A stretch of DNA of 64,000 nt, taken from assembly GCA_016704325.1 (NCBI GenBank), contig JADJAG010000008.1, forward strand, positions 54,057 to 118,056. The letters are read 5' to 3'. Shown here in pieces: positions 9,944-19,972 of the stretch (its first letter is position 1; the number at the start of each line of letters is the position of its first letter). Source of the stretch: Chitinophagaceae bacterium (lineage in GTDB: Bacteria > Bacteroidota > Bacteroidia > Chitinophagales > UBA10324). The notes beneath the pieces were generated by a model. The model was given only the letters and a program-made list of their open reading frames with translations, did no database searches and was not told the DNA's origin. The translations under genes were made by a program, and so were the position numbers.

Positions 9944-10812
9944 TTCCGCTGCTACTCAGTATTTGTTGTTCAACCTATTTAGTGGTGCTGTTCAGGTATT
10001 TCAAGAATCATCACATAGATGCCAGGCAGGCAATTGTTGCAAACTACATCACCTGTGTCATTACCGGAATAGTCATAAGTGGTGATGTTCCTGATGCACA
10101 AATAATCTATCAGGACTGGTTTCCCATCACCTTATTTCTGGGTTGTTCCTTTTACTTTATTTTCAACCTCATGGCATTTGTGTCCGCGAATATCGGCATC
10201 ACACTCACATCGGTATCCGGAAAAATATCCATGGTAATACCGGTCACGATTGCCGTTTATCTCTACGGCCAGGAATTAACTTTCCTAAAAGTTTCGGCAA
10301 TGATTCTTGCTTTGATAGCTGTATACCTGACGTCCAAAGTGCCGGAAAAAAATCAACAGGCATTACATGCAAAAGGATTGTTGCTTGCATTTTTGATTTT
10401 TATTGGGAGCGGCATTAATGATGCAGTGATTAACTATGCATTTTTCTATTTTTTGCAACCGTCAGAGTTTGCACTTTTTAACATATCCATCTTTGCAATA
10501 GCAGCAACTGCCGGAATATTTACGCTGCTCGTTTATTCCCTGTTTTATAAATCAACTCTTTCAATTAAGTCTATTGCAGGCGGAATACTCCTCGGCATTC
10601 CCAATTACTTTTCCATGTTATTTCTGTTGAAGGCATTGGCAATCCCGGGATGGGAAAGTTCCGTCATCTTCCCGATAAACAACATGGGCATTGTTATACT
10701 TACCGCCGTCTGCGGGTTATTATTATTCCGTGAGAAATTTTCCAAAACAAATATTGCCGGTATCCTGCTTGCATTGATTGCCATATCACTTATGATTGGT
10801 GCAGAGCGTTAG
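9940..10812 (+). CDS. DMT/EamA-like 10-TM membrane transporter
   Basis: Two homologous 5-TM halves, each ending in a similar helix (KVSAMILALIAVYLTS / NIAGILLALIAISLMI). The start overlaps the ribD stop (ATGA). Confidence 0.6.
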   Translation: MIPLLLSICCSTYLVVLFRYFKNHHIDARQAIVANYITCVITGIVISGDVPDAQIIYQDWFPITLFLGCSFYFIFNLMAFVSANIGITLTSVSGKISMVIPVTIAVYLYGQELTFLKVSAMILALIAVYLTSKVPEKNQQALHAKGLLLAFLIFIGSGINDAVINYAFFYFLQPSEFALFNISIFAIAATAGIFTLLVYSLFYKSTLSIKSIAGGILLGIPNYFSMLFLLKALAIPGWESSVIFPINNMGIVILTAVCGLLLFREKFSKTNIAGILLALIAISLMIGAER

Positions 10813-10996
10813 CATCGGTAAGGGAATGATTCAGAAAAGTCATTTATCATTTCCGGGTTCATGCATCGGCTTCGCCCGGGGTTCGTCGCACCATCAGCCT
10901 TTAAACAAACTAAGCATGTAGGGAGTCTAAGGTTTTGATATTATGCAATCTCATGAAAAAGCCAATCGTCATTTCCAGTCACCTTTTTAGGGTTTA

Positions 10997-11272
10997 TTAT
11001 TTTTCAGTATGCCTATTTTCTTCAAGCAACCTGAGAATCTCATCCTGTGGTAATGCCGTTATCTGAAATCTTTTATTGGGATGTGTATGGCCACTCACCA
11101 AAACAATTGTTGCCTTTGGAATTTTCAACAACTTTGAAAGTGCCCTGATCACTTCTTCATTCGCCTTGCCATCAACCGGAGGCGATTTAACCTTCATTAC
11201 CCAATGGCCTGTACTGTCTTTTAAAAGCAGGTTTACTTTGCTATTTGGTTTTATTTTGATCTGAAGGTTCAT
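10997..11272 (-). CDS. DUF167 (YggU) family protein
   Basis: IKIKPNSK..VKVKSPPVDGKANEEVIRALSKLLKIPKATIVLVSGHTHPNKRFQI. I prefer the ATG at 11272 over the TTG at 11320 that abuts the tamA stop. Confidence 0.75.
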   Translation of the reverse strand: MNLQIKIKPNSKVNLLLKDSTGHWVMKVKSPPVDGKANEEVIRALSKLLKIPKATIVLVSGHTHPNKRFQITALPQDEILRLLEENRHTEK

Positions 11273-11320
11273 TTGAATCGGTTTACTTTTCAAGATATAC
11301 AGATAAGTCTGCCATTGCAA

Positions 11321-13663
11321 TCAGAACGGATAACTGATACCAAAATTGAGGAGGATGTTATTTCGATCATATTCATTGGATCCAAAGGGATCAAACTTCC
11401 ATCCGTTATTTTCCGTAACGTAGGGTATTCGCAAAGGTGTGGCAAAGTCAAATCGTATAATCAGGTAAGTGAGATCGAGCCGAAGTCCGACACCTGCATC
11501 CACGGCTAACTGTTTATAAAACTGGTTGAAACGAAAAACACCTTCTTCACCATATAGCTTGGTGCTTTGCATCCAAATATTACCGGCTTCTCCAAACAAT
11601 GCTCCCTTCAGATAACCCACAATGGGAAAGCGGTATTCCATAGTTAGTGTAAGCTTAATATCTCCTAACTGATTGTAAAAGCCAACGCTATCCAGGTCTT
11701 CATCATGATAGATACCGGGTCCGACGGAACGTGATCGAAAGCCCCTAAGGTCATTTACACCACCCGCTGAAAATCCTTTATAATAAGGCATTACATCACC
11801 ATTTCCATAGGGCAACCCAATACCTGAAAAAATGCGGGAGGCAAGCTTTGACTGTTTCCCCAATGCCAGGTAATACCGGAAATCTAAGGATGTCCAGCCA
11901 TACTGTGAATAAGGATTGGAAAAAAGTTCAAACGGATTCTCCGGAGTACCCTTTTCCGTCTGGAACAAACTCTGGAGCGCATAAACAGTATTTCCGGAAA
12001 ACTCAAGTGACCCTTTAAAATAAACCGGATTTCTGTTTTTGCCGGTAACCTGGTTACTGAATGTATAGGAATATCCGATACCCAATACAAACTGCCGGTC
12101 GAAGCTTTCCTGTAAGGCTTGATTCTCATTCAATATCGAATCATAGGCCGCTGTGGTTTGTGTTGTATTTACAAAGTTGATAAGGATCGGTGTAAGGGTA
12201 TGCTCTTTAGTTATGGACTCTTTCCAATTGTATCCGAAGGTAAGTTCGAACGAATTAAGCAGGTAATAGCCTTCCCTGTTTTCAATGGTATAGCCGGCTT
12301 CAATTTTTGTCTTTGGAATAAACACGCTATACGTACGGGGCATGTGAAAAGGCACCAGAAATTTAGGAAAAATCAACTGAGGGGTAACACCAAATTCAAA
12401 GGCCTGCAATGGCGGCAGGTCACGTGATATCTGCACTTCATAATTGCCGTTAAAATTTAACACAAACAACTCTGCCCCTCTAAAAATATTCCGGTTCCGG
12501 TTGCTGAGATTTAATCCCGGTCCGGCAAAACCGTTATCCTTCACAATACCCTGTACTTCTCCCCTAAGCGAGTACTTTGGAATAGTGGTGAGATAAATAT
12601 TACCATTTAACCATCCGGGGCGTGTGGTGTCTTGTTCAAACTTGATATTTGCATATTTAAAAACACCTAAACCCATCATCCTCCTGATCGTTATGTTATA
12701 ATCACGGGAATCGTAGACCTCTCCTTTGTCAAAATATATATTATCTACAATTACTTCAGGACGAAAAAGGTGTTTGGAGGAGATGTAATAGACACTATCT
12801 ACCATCACTGTGTCGGTGCCTCTTTTGTCGGAAGCTTTTGGGTTCAGTGTATAGTCAGGAAAAACAAAGATGTCGCCTACCCGGTAATAGTCAAGTGCTT
12901 CCTTCGGAACATTTTTCTTAATATCCACATACATGTTGCACCGGTGATCACCGATAGTAGTATCAACCCGTACGATGATAAAATCAGGGTTGAAATAAAA
13001 ATAACCTTCCCTGCCCAGGAGATCATCAATCCTGTTTCGCTCATTACTGATGGTTTGCAAATTGTATTGTTCGCCCGGTTTCAGGAGGCTGCTATCTTTT
13101 GTTTCATCCATTTTTTTCGATATCCTGCCTGTGATTTCAGGAAAAAAGACTGAGTCAATTATAAAACCTTCGGCGACCCTGGCATAATAAACAACGGTAG
13201 CTTTCTGATTCTTAATGATGATCGTGTCGGTGACATCACTTCTGAAATGCCCATAGGTAGTAAGGCGGTTTTGCATAAGCAAACTTGTACGCCTGGTATC
13301 CAGTTGACTCAACAAAACGGGAGGCTCTCCCACATTATATTTCATCCAATATTTGAATCCCCTTTCCTTCCTGGGTTCTTTTACCCTATTATGAATGGCA
13401 AGCTTTAATCTTCCACCAAGAAATTTTTTATTGGGTGATGGAATCATGACAGACTCCATGGAGGAAAGTGCCTCCTTTGAAGTAATCCTCTTTGATGAAT
13501 CAACCAGCACTATTTCACCTTTTACATAAAGCGCTTCACCATCTGCGAGGAATTTGGTGTTGCTGCAGGATGCACAGCATATCAAAACAAATAATGTACA
13601 GGTTACTACAGGCATCCTGCAGAACCATCCATTATTATATTTAATTGCCGAAATCATCTTCAA
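11321..13663 (-). CDS. tamA: BamA/TamA-family outer membrane protein
   Basis: 780 aa with a signal/lipobox-like N-terminus, POTRA-like region, C-terminal surface-antigen beta-barrel and terminal ..GISYPF. It lies immediately downstream of tamB. Confidence 0.8.
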   Translation of the reverse strand: MKMISAIKYNNGWFCRMPVVTCTLFVLICCASCSNTKFLADGEALYVKGEIVLVDSSKRITSKEALSSMESVMIPSPNKKFLGGRLKLAIHNRVKEPRKERGFKYWMKYNVGEPPVLLSQLDTRRTSLLMQNRLTTYGHFRSDVTDTIIIKNQKATVVYYARVAEGFIIDSVFFPEITGRISKKMDETKDSSLLKPGEQYNLQTISNERNRIDDLLGREGYFYFNPDFIIVRVDTTIGDHRCNMYVDIKKNVPKEALDYYRVGDIFVFPDYTLNPKASDKRGTDTVMVDSVYYISSKHLFRPEVIVDNIYFDKGEVYDSRDYNITIRRMMGLGVFKYANIKFEQDTTRPGWLNGNIYLTTIPKYSLRGEVQGIVKDNGFAGPGLNLSNRNRNIFRGAELFVLNFNGNYEVQISRDLPPLQAFEFGVTPQLIFPKFLVPFHMPRTYSVFIPKTKIEAGYTIENREGYYLLNSFELTFGYNWKESITKEHTLTPILINFVNTTQTTAAYDSILNENQALQESFDRQFVLGIGYSYTFSNQVTGKNRNPVYFKGSLEFSGNTVYALQSLFQTEKGTPENPFELFSNPYSQYGWTSLDFRYYLALGKQSKLASRIFSGIGLPYGNGDVMPYYKGFSAGGVNDLRGFRSRSVGPGIYHDEDLDSVGFYNQLGDIKLTLTMEYRFPIVGYLKGALFGEAGNIWMQSTKLYGEEGVFRFNQFYKQLAVDAGVGLRLDLTYLIIRFDFATPLRIPYVTENNGWKFDPFGSNEYDRNNILLNFGISYPF

Positions 13664-13696
13664 TTCTTCAATCTGTTTATTTCTATAGGTTTAAGA

Positions 13697-16600
13697 TTAC
13701 TTGTCCTTTACTTCCTGTCCTGTTTCTTTCCGTTTTTTCCGTTCTGCTGCAGCCTCCTTTCTCGCAGTAAAGAGCTGACGCAAGGAATTGTAGTCACGGT
13801 TGTAGATCCATGACAGTGAGGTTTCTATTGCCTGACCTTCGAAAGCTCCCTCATACGTGCTTTTCCGTGACAAATTAAGCCTGGTGCGGCCATCCGCTTT
13901 TAAAAGATATTCCAGCGAAAAGTCACCACTGATGTCACTTGGTTTCGCTGAAAAAGTTTCACTCCCGCCAATATCAAAATTGGTACCCACATAAATCTGC
14001 AAACGATCGTTAAAAAGTTGTTCGCGTACCCCAACGTTCATCTGTGTTTTTTCTTCCTCCACACCCGAAGAATAATCTGTAACTGATTTCAGGTCGAAGC
14101 TGAGATCCACTCCTTTTATATATTGCCCTGATAGCCTGTTAAGCTGGCTTGACATCAGGCTGCTTACGCTGTTTTTTGCAAGGTCGTTGATATACTCACT
14201 TGCCCCGGTGCCTGCTGTTGGATCCTCTGCGACAAAGGTTCCGAGCACCATCAGGGAGAAGACCTGCTTATTCATTTCACCTTCCAATTTTTGCAATTCC
14301 AACAACTTTGCATCAACCATACCATCCAATGCGCCGGCATCTTTTGGATCAAGCTGAATATCGAAAGAGATTTCCGGCTCCAGCAATTTATCCTGCATGA
14401 TCAGGTACACATCAAAGTCAAGCGGATTCTTGTATTGCGCCTGTTGTTCTTCAGAGGAACCTGCAACCTGCGCTCCTATTAAAGGATAGGGGGAGGTACG
14501 CACATCCATGTGGCCTTTTATATCTATATCGGCGTTGATTAAATCACCACTCCAGTTAATGAAGCTGCCTTTTTCCAATACAAATTGTTTCTTCACGAGT
14601 TCATATAAAGTGAGGCTATAATTACCCTGTGAAATTTCGTAACGGCCGCTGAGTGACATTCTGCCGGATGGTGCAATTTCAAAATTGAAAGATCCATTGC
14701 CATTTACCGTAAGCTTATCGCCTGCAACAGGATCTACTATAATTGTAAACTGACTTTTATCATTCACCTCAGCAATTACCGTAATACTATAGCCTGAAAG
14801 TAATGGCTCCTCTTCATTTTCCTCCATCAACAATAAATTCAAGCGCTGATCCATATCGATAAACTCAACCAGTCCCTCTTCAGAATTGAAAGAAGTATCA
14901 AAACGCTGATAGATATAATTGAAATCGCTTCCTTCGCGGAGTTTTAGTGCGATGTTAATCTCCGGTTGTTTTATGCTTCCCCGAATGCTTGCCAGAAAAT
15001 CAAGCCTGATCATCCCATAGTATTCTGACTTTACCTCTTTCGTAGAATTCATGGCCACAAAATCTGTCGCTTTTGCGTTGAGGGCAAACTGATAGTCAAT
15101 ATAGTCGGTCGTATATAAGTTTCCATTGAGAAACGCCTTATTTCCCAATGGATCAATGACAGCGAAGGAATTGAACTGAATACCTGAATCGTCCAGCGTT
15201 ACCGGTTCACTTCCAAGCATCAGTTCAGAATTGGTATAGGAAACAATAAAGCGCGCACTATCGAAACGTATGATTCCATTAATCGATGGTGCGTCAGTAG
15301 TTCCTCTTATGCGCAACTTACCGTTCATGGAGCCCTTCAGATCGCGGAGGTAAGGCCGGGCAAAGGGTTCAACCAATGAAAAAGCAGCACTGTCTATATC
15401 TGCATCAAAATGCAGTTCCTTTACATTTCCTTCCACTTTATAGTATCCATCTAAAGCGATTCCGTTTCCGGCACCCAGCAATCCAAGCTTAATATCATAC
15501 AATCCTTTTTCTTCATTCACAGCATTGAGTTCCAGGTTGCCATACTTCTTTCCTAAAACGGAAAGCCCCTGAACATCCAGGTCAGCACTGAAAGTGGAGG
15601 TCTTCATATCATTTAACAGAAAATTTCCATTCACCAGGCCGGACAATAATTGTTCTGAAGAATCTGCGATGCCTGATAACATGCCTAAATCAAAATTGCT
15701 GAATGAAAAGTCAAGCGGTGCGCCGGCAACATCACCGACACTTTGTATTTTGATGTAACTGCTATCATTATAAATTTTCATGTCATGTGCCATTACACCA
15801 TCAGCGCCATATTGAAAATAGTTGTCGGGCTCTACCGACCAGCGCACATTGTTGAAGACGAGTTGATCCGGCCAAATATGCAAGCGATAGTTTTCGCCCC
15901 TGGTTGAAAGTGATCCTCCCAGCAGCAAGGCCGTGTCTTGTTCAGTAGGTGCAACTGATAAAAATGCCGTGATTGAATCATGTTGTAAATATCCTTTCAA
16001 AGAAACTCCTTCCAGAACCAACGTATCTTTTTGTATGCGATCTGCAGTAATGCTGTAGTTCAGCTTTTCAGGATCGGATGAGGCAGACAGCACAAGCGAG
16101 TCTGATACAATACCGGAATAATTTGCATCAATCTGTGTTGAAGTTAATTCCAGTTTTTTTGACTTGCTGTCAAATGAACCTGTGATGACGACAGGGTTTA
16201 GATCATTAAGACCACTGACAAAAAATGGCAGCAAATCCATATTATCATGAATGCTGACATCAAAATCAAATTGCTGACTGCCCAGCGTATCCGCTTCCCG
16301 GTAGGCTTGCCTGTTGAAGTAGTAGTTAAAATGATTTACCAGCATCGGGATGCCAACGGTTGCACTCGCTGTGCCACGGTAGTTTGCATCAACAACCGGC
16401 GAACGCAATTTCCAGTCATACTTCCCTTCAATGGAAGTAGCTAAAAGTTCGATGGAATCGAGGGTGAGCAATTGATCCCTGGCTGCAACAGTAGCACCTG
16501 TAACTGCAATGTGGCCATTCATACTTCTCAGGTCGTTCCCGGTAAAGTTGCCGGCTATATTTCCTGCAAATTTTAATTCCTGATCGTAGAGGTTAAGTTC

Positions 16601-18688
16601 CTGAAGATCCAGGTAGGTAATATCGAGGTTAAAGTTGTGTTCAGGATGATCTATATCCAATCCTGCCTTTCCTTTGAATGTGAAGGCGATCGCATCATCA
16701 TCCATAGTAATCTCCCCGAGAAATGCCTGATCTGCAATGGTGCCATTCACTTTAGCATCGCGGTACTCATAACCCATCAATTCCAGGCTTTTGACATCTG
16801 CAGTTATGTCTGCATTCATTACATCCAGCTCCAATCCCTCGCCTATGGCAGAAGCACTCAAACTGATGTATCCTATTTGCTCTTCCTGCTGCAACATTTT
16901 TCCGAGGTTAAAATTCTCGAGGTCAATTTGAGCATTGTATTTGGGCAGGCTGTCACCGACAACCTGTTGCATGCCTGCTACAACGACTGCATTTCCAAAT
17001 GAACTTTGGAACACAGCAGCCGTTTTAAAATTGTCCGTTGTACCTGTGAAGTTGCCTGATAGTGTAAAGGTCTCCGGCAATTGTATTGAAGATGGCAACA
17101 AACTATCAGGCAATAATGATAGCAATTCCGAATTGGTGGATGCGAACTTTGACAAGCTTACGTCAAATTCCATTTTATCGACATCAGGTAACCCTTTAAT
17201 GCGGCCTGCTGCAATCAATTGAGTCGCTCCGGTTTTTATGCTTAGTCCTTTAAACAAGAGGTTGTCGAGCGTACCGGAAAAACTACCATCAACAGTCAGC
17301 CTTCGATCCAGCGATGATTTCACATACTCGATATCAGCCAATGGCGGATAGAAATAAAGTAACTCACTGATGGCAATGGTGGCATTTTTCATAGTTCCAT
17401 AGATTCCCAGTTTTCCAATATCATCAGTAATGTCTTCCAGCGAGGCATAGCTGATGCCTGCACTATTGCGGATGGTGCTCTTGCCTGTGATCAGCAGGCA
17501 ACTGTCGAAGCCAACACCTTTATCGGACATATGGAATTTTCCATAAGCTTCCCGCACGATGAATCCACTCTTTTCAGCAGCTTTCAGTTGATGAACATCC
17601 GCTTTGATGTTTATGCCCTGGTAGAAGATTTTACTAACTTCTGCGGTAATATTCTTTATATCAAGGTGGTTATAGTCTATGCCTTTTGCGGCGGGTGCAA
17701 CAGCCCTGTTGTCGTAACGAAAATCAAATTCCTGAAGAGAGGCGGCATCACAACGTACCATCACCCCTTCATCAACCGTATCAGGCATTGCCGCTGCTTC
17801 CACATCCGGTGCAGGTACACCTCCAATGGCTACTGCGAAAGAGGACTGCGCTACCTGCAATTTTCTGAAATCAAAAATCAGATTGGCCAGATCAATGGTA
17901 TCAGGCTCCGCTTCCAGCCTGGTTATTTTTGAGGCAAGGGTGATTTGCGTTGCTGTATCCGAATAAAATAGATCCAGTTCAGTTAATTGAATATGGTTTG
18001 CTTCAAGTTGCCAGGATATGGGTGATGAGGCAGTAGTATCGCTGCTTCCTGCTTTACGCTTCCTATAATGAACCCTGGAATCACTCCAGGTAAGTTGATC
18101 CACGGAGACGATCTCCTTCACCAGGTTGAATTCATTGAAGCTGATGGCTAACAGTCCTACATTTCCATTTGCTTCAATCCCAGTAACCTCATCTGACAAG
18201 GTGACCCGGATCTGTTCGAGCTTCACGCTTCCGAGAACAAGATTGAATGGAGTACTATTCGATGGTACTATTTCTGTTTTTTTATCCTTCGTTGAAAATG
18301 AGTTAACAATAAAGTCAAAATTAAAACTGCTTTCAGCAATCGTCCTGTACAAATGTGCGGTAACGCCTTTTAAGGCCAGCGAGTTAATTACTGCTTCGCT
18401 GCTAAGGAGAGAACGCATATTAATATCAACAGTGAGCTCATGAACCTGCAGGAGGGTATCGCCCTTAAGATCGGCGATAAAGAAGTTTTTCAGGTACAGT
18501 GATTTCGGAAAAGAAATATTTACTTCTTCCAAGGTAACGGTGGCCTTTATTTTCTTCGAAAGCCAGGAAGTTGCTTTATCAACTGCGATATTCTGGAACC
18601 AGCAGGTTTGTAATAAAAGTACCAACGTAATCAATAACACAATCAATCCGGCTATACACCCTAGCAGGATTTTTATCGGAATACGCAA
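13697..18688 (-). CDS. tamB: translocation and assembly module protein TamB (DUF490-containing giant periplasm-spanning protein)
   Basis: 1663 aa with a single N-terminal TM helix and a long beta-rich repetitive body. The conserved C-terminal region and the pairing with a TamA-family OMP support the call. Confidence 0.8.
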   Translation of the reverse strand: MRIPIKILLGCIAGLIVLLITLVLLLQTCWFQNIAVDKATSWLSKKIKATVTLEEVNISFPKSLYLKNFFIADLKGDTLLQVHELTVDINMRSLLSSEAVINSLALKGVTAHLYRTIAESSFNFDFIVNSFSTKDKKTEIVPSNSTPFNLVLGSVKLEQIRVTLSDEVTGIEANGNVGLLAISFNEFNLVKEIVSVDQLTWSDSRVHYRKRKAGSSDTTASSPISWQLEANHIQLTELDLFYSDTATQITLASKITRLEAEPDTIDLANLIFDFRKLQVAQSSFAVAIGGVPAPDVEAAAMPDTVDEGVMVRCDAASLQEFDFRYDNRAVAPAAKGIDYNHLDIKNITAEVSKIFYQGINIKADVHQLKAAEKSGFIVREAYGKFHMSDKGVGFDSCLLITGKSTIRNSAGISYASLEDITDDIGKLGIYGTMKNATIAISELLYFYPPLADIEYVKSSLDRRLTVDGSFSGTLDNLLFKGLSIKTGATQLIAAGRIKGLPDVDKMEFDVSLSKFASTNSELLSLLPDSLLPSSIQLPETFTLSGNFTGTTDNFKTAAVFQSSFGNAVVVAGMQQVVGDSLPKYNAQIDLENFNLGKMLQQEEQIGYISLSASAIGEGLELDVMNADITADVKSLELMGYEYRDAKVNGTIADQAFLGEITMDDDAIAFTFKGKAGLDIDHPEHNFNLDITYLDLQELNLYDQELKFAGNIAGNFTGNDLRSMNGHIAVTGATVAARDQLLTLDSIELLATSIEGKYDWKLRSPVVDANYRGTASATVGIPMLVNHFNYYFNRQAYREADTLGSQQFDFDVSIHDNMDLLPFFVSGLNDLNPVVITGSFDSKSKKLELTSTQIDANYSGIVSDSLVLSASSDPEKLNYSITADRIQKDTLVLEGVSLKGYLQHDSITAFLSVAPTEQDTALLLGGSLSTRGENYRLHIWPDQLVFNNVRWSVEPDNYFQYGADGVMAHDMKIYNDSSYIKIQSVGDVAGAPLDFSFSNFDLGMLSGIADSSEQLLSGLVNGNFLLNDMKTSTFSADLDVQGLSVLGKKYGNLELNAVNEEKGLYDIKLGLLGAGNGIALDGYYKVEGNVKELHFDADIDSAAFSLVEPFARPYLRDLKGSMNGKLRIRGTTDAPSINGIIRFDSARFIVSYTNSELMLGSEPVTLDDSGIQFNSFAVIDPLGNKAFLNGNLYTTDYIDYQFALNAKATDFVAMNSTKEVKSEYYGMIRLDFLASIRGSIKQPEINIALKLREGSDFNYIYQRFDTSFNSEEGLVEFIDMDQRLNLLLMEENEEEPLLSGYSITVIAEVNDKSQFTIIVDPVAGDKLTVNGNGSFNFEIAPSGRMSLSGRYEISQGNYSLTLYELVKKQFVLEKGSFINWSGDLINADIDIKGHMDVRTSPYPLIGAQVAGSSEEQQAQYKNPLDFDVYLIMQDKLLEPEISFDIQLDPKDAGALDGMVDAKLLELQKLEGEMNKQVFSLMVLGTFVAEDPTAGTGASEYINDLAKNSVSSLMSSQLNRLSGQYIKGVDLSFDLKSVTDYSSGVEEEKTQMNVGVREQLFNDRLQIYVGTNFDIGGSETFSAKPSDISGDFSLEYLLKADGRTRLNLSRKSTYEGAFEGQAIETSLSWIYNRDYNSLRQLFTARKEAAAERKKRKETGQEVKDK

Positions 18689-18894
18689 ATATGTTGGAAG
18701 CCTTTTAATAATTCTCAGATTGAATAACAGGAAGATTGTGCACCACCTTCCCGCCCTAAATTTAGCTGTTCAAAACGAATCGGAAACCGCTGAAATAAAA
18801 GTTGCTCACAAACCACAGACAAAGCGTCCTGAGATCATGAAAGATTAGCGTTATCCATTAAAATGCAACCACTATGTCAATAATGATACCGTAG

Positions 18895-19485
18895 TCAGGA
18901 AGTGCTATTATACGTGTCGGCGACTATGGCTTTCTTCTTATCGTAAATGGCTTCAGCGAGCCAGACAAACTCATTTGTGAAAAGGGTAACATTCTTCTCA
19001 AAAGAGGCATCAAGCAATACCCCGTCCTTATCAAAACGTTGATGTATATCGGGAACCAGCAACATTTGCGGAACCGGGTAACCATAAATTGCCAGGATGA
19101 GTTGCTGCAACTGCAATCCTGCCCTGATGCCACCCATGCCACCGGTAGAAACTGCAGTGACCCCAATGGGTTTCCTCCTGAATACTTTCAAGCCAAAGTA
19201 ATCAATCATATTTTTCAGTGCCAGGGAATAACTTCCATTATATTCAGGTGTTATGAAGATCATGGCGTCTGCTGCCTGTAACTTGGCATGAAGGTCCACA
19301 CACATCTGCGGAGGTGACGGCTCTTTATCAAATACCTCCTTCCAAATAGGATAGTCATACGCTGCCAGGTCCACTACCTCTCCAGCCACCTGGTAGTGTT
19401 GTTTAAGGTGTTTCAACAGATTCAAAGCAACTTTTTTTGTTGATGCATTTTCGCGGATGCTGCCGGAAATTATGATTGTATTCAT
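18895..19485 (-). CDS. NADPH-dependent FMN reductase family oxidoreductase
   Basis: IIISGSIRENASTKKVA and FITPEYNGSYSLALKNMIDYF motifs, characteristic of the FMN_red family. Confidence 0.85.
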   Translation of the reverse strand: MNTIIISGSIRENASTKKVALNLLKHLKQHYQVAGEVVDLAAYDYPIWKEVFDKEPSPPQMCVDLHAKLQAADAMIFITPEYNGSYSLALKNMIDYFGLKVFRRKPIGVTAVSTGGMGGIRAGLQLQQLILAIYGYPVPQMLLVPDIHQRFDKDGVLLDASFEKNVTLFTNEFVWLAEAIYDKKKAIVADTYNSTS

Positions 19486-19552
19486 TTGTTAGTCGTTCCT
19501 TATTTATTATTTAAATTAATTCAGCAGCGTATTTCATTGGAATGTGTTTCTT

Positions 19553-19837
19553 TTAAGCATCTTCATTTCCTTCTGATTCCCTTTGCACGTCTGTATTTCC
19601 CGTTTCCGGGTTATTCATCAAAAAGGTCAATGCGCCGGAAGGGCATTTCTTTACCTGATCAATAATCTGTTGTGTGGCAGCACCTTCTGCGTTGATCCAT
19701 GGACGCACGCGTGGATCAAAGACTTCCGGCAGTCCTTTGAAACAAATAGCTGAATGAATACAAACATCAGGTTTCCATACAATAGTGACTTCCCCATTTG
19801 AGTATTTCCTGGTAATCTTTCGTTCCATAATTGCCAA
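19553..19837 (-). CDS. small (4Fe-4S)-binding, divergent mono-cluster ferredoxin-like protein
   Basis: 94 aa. VTIVWKPDVCIHSAICFKGLPEVF...VKKCPSGALTF matches the small Bacteroidota Fe-S proteins as I recall them. Confidence 0.55.
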   Translation of the reverse strand: MAIMERKITRKYSNGEVTIVWKPDVCIHSAICFKGLPEVFDPRVRPWINAEGAATQQIIDQVKKCPSGALTFLMNNPETGNTDVQRESEGNEDA

Positions 19838-19972
19838 TTTGAAACTAAAGTTATAAAAACCATTGAAGAGTTAATTTGTTCAATTGCTTACACCACACAC
19901 AACCTACTCAAAAAAAATCTTTCCTTCTTTTGTTACTTTTTGTGAAAGAGCCGTTCTGATTAAAACTGCTTC

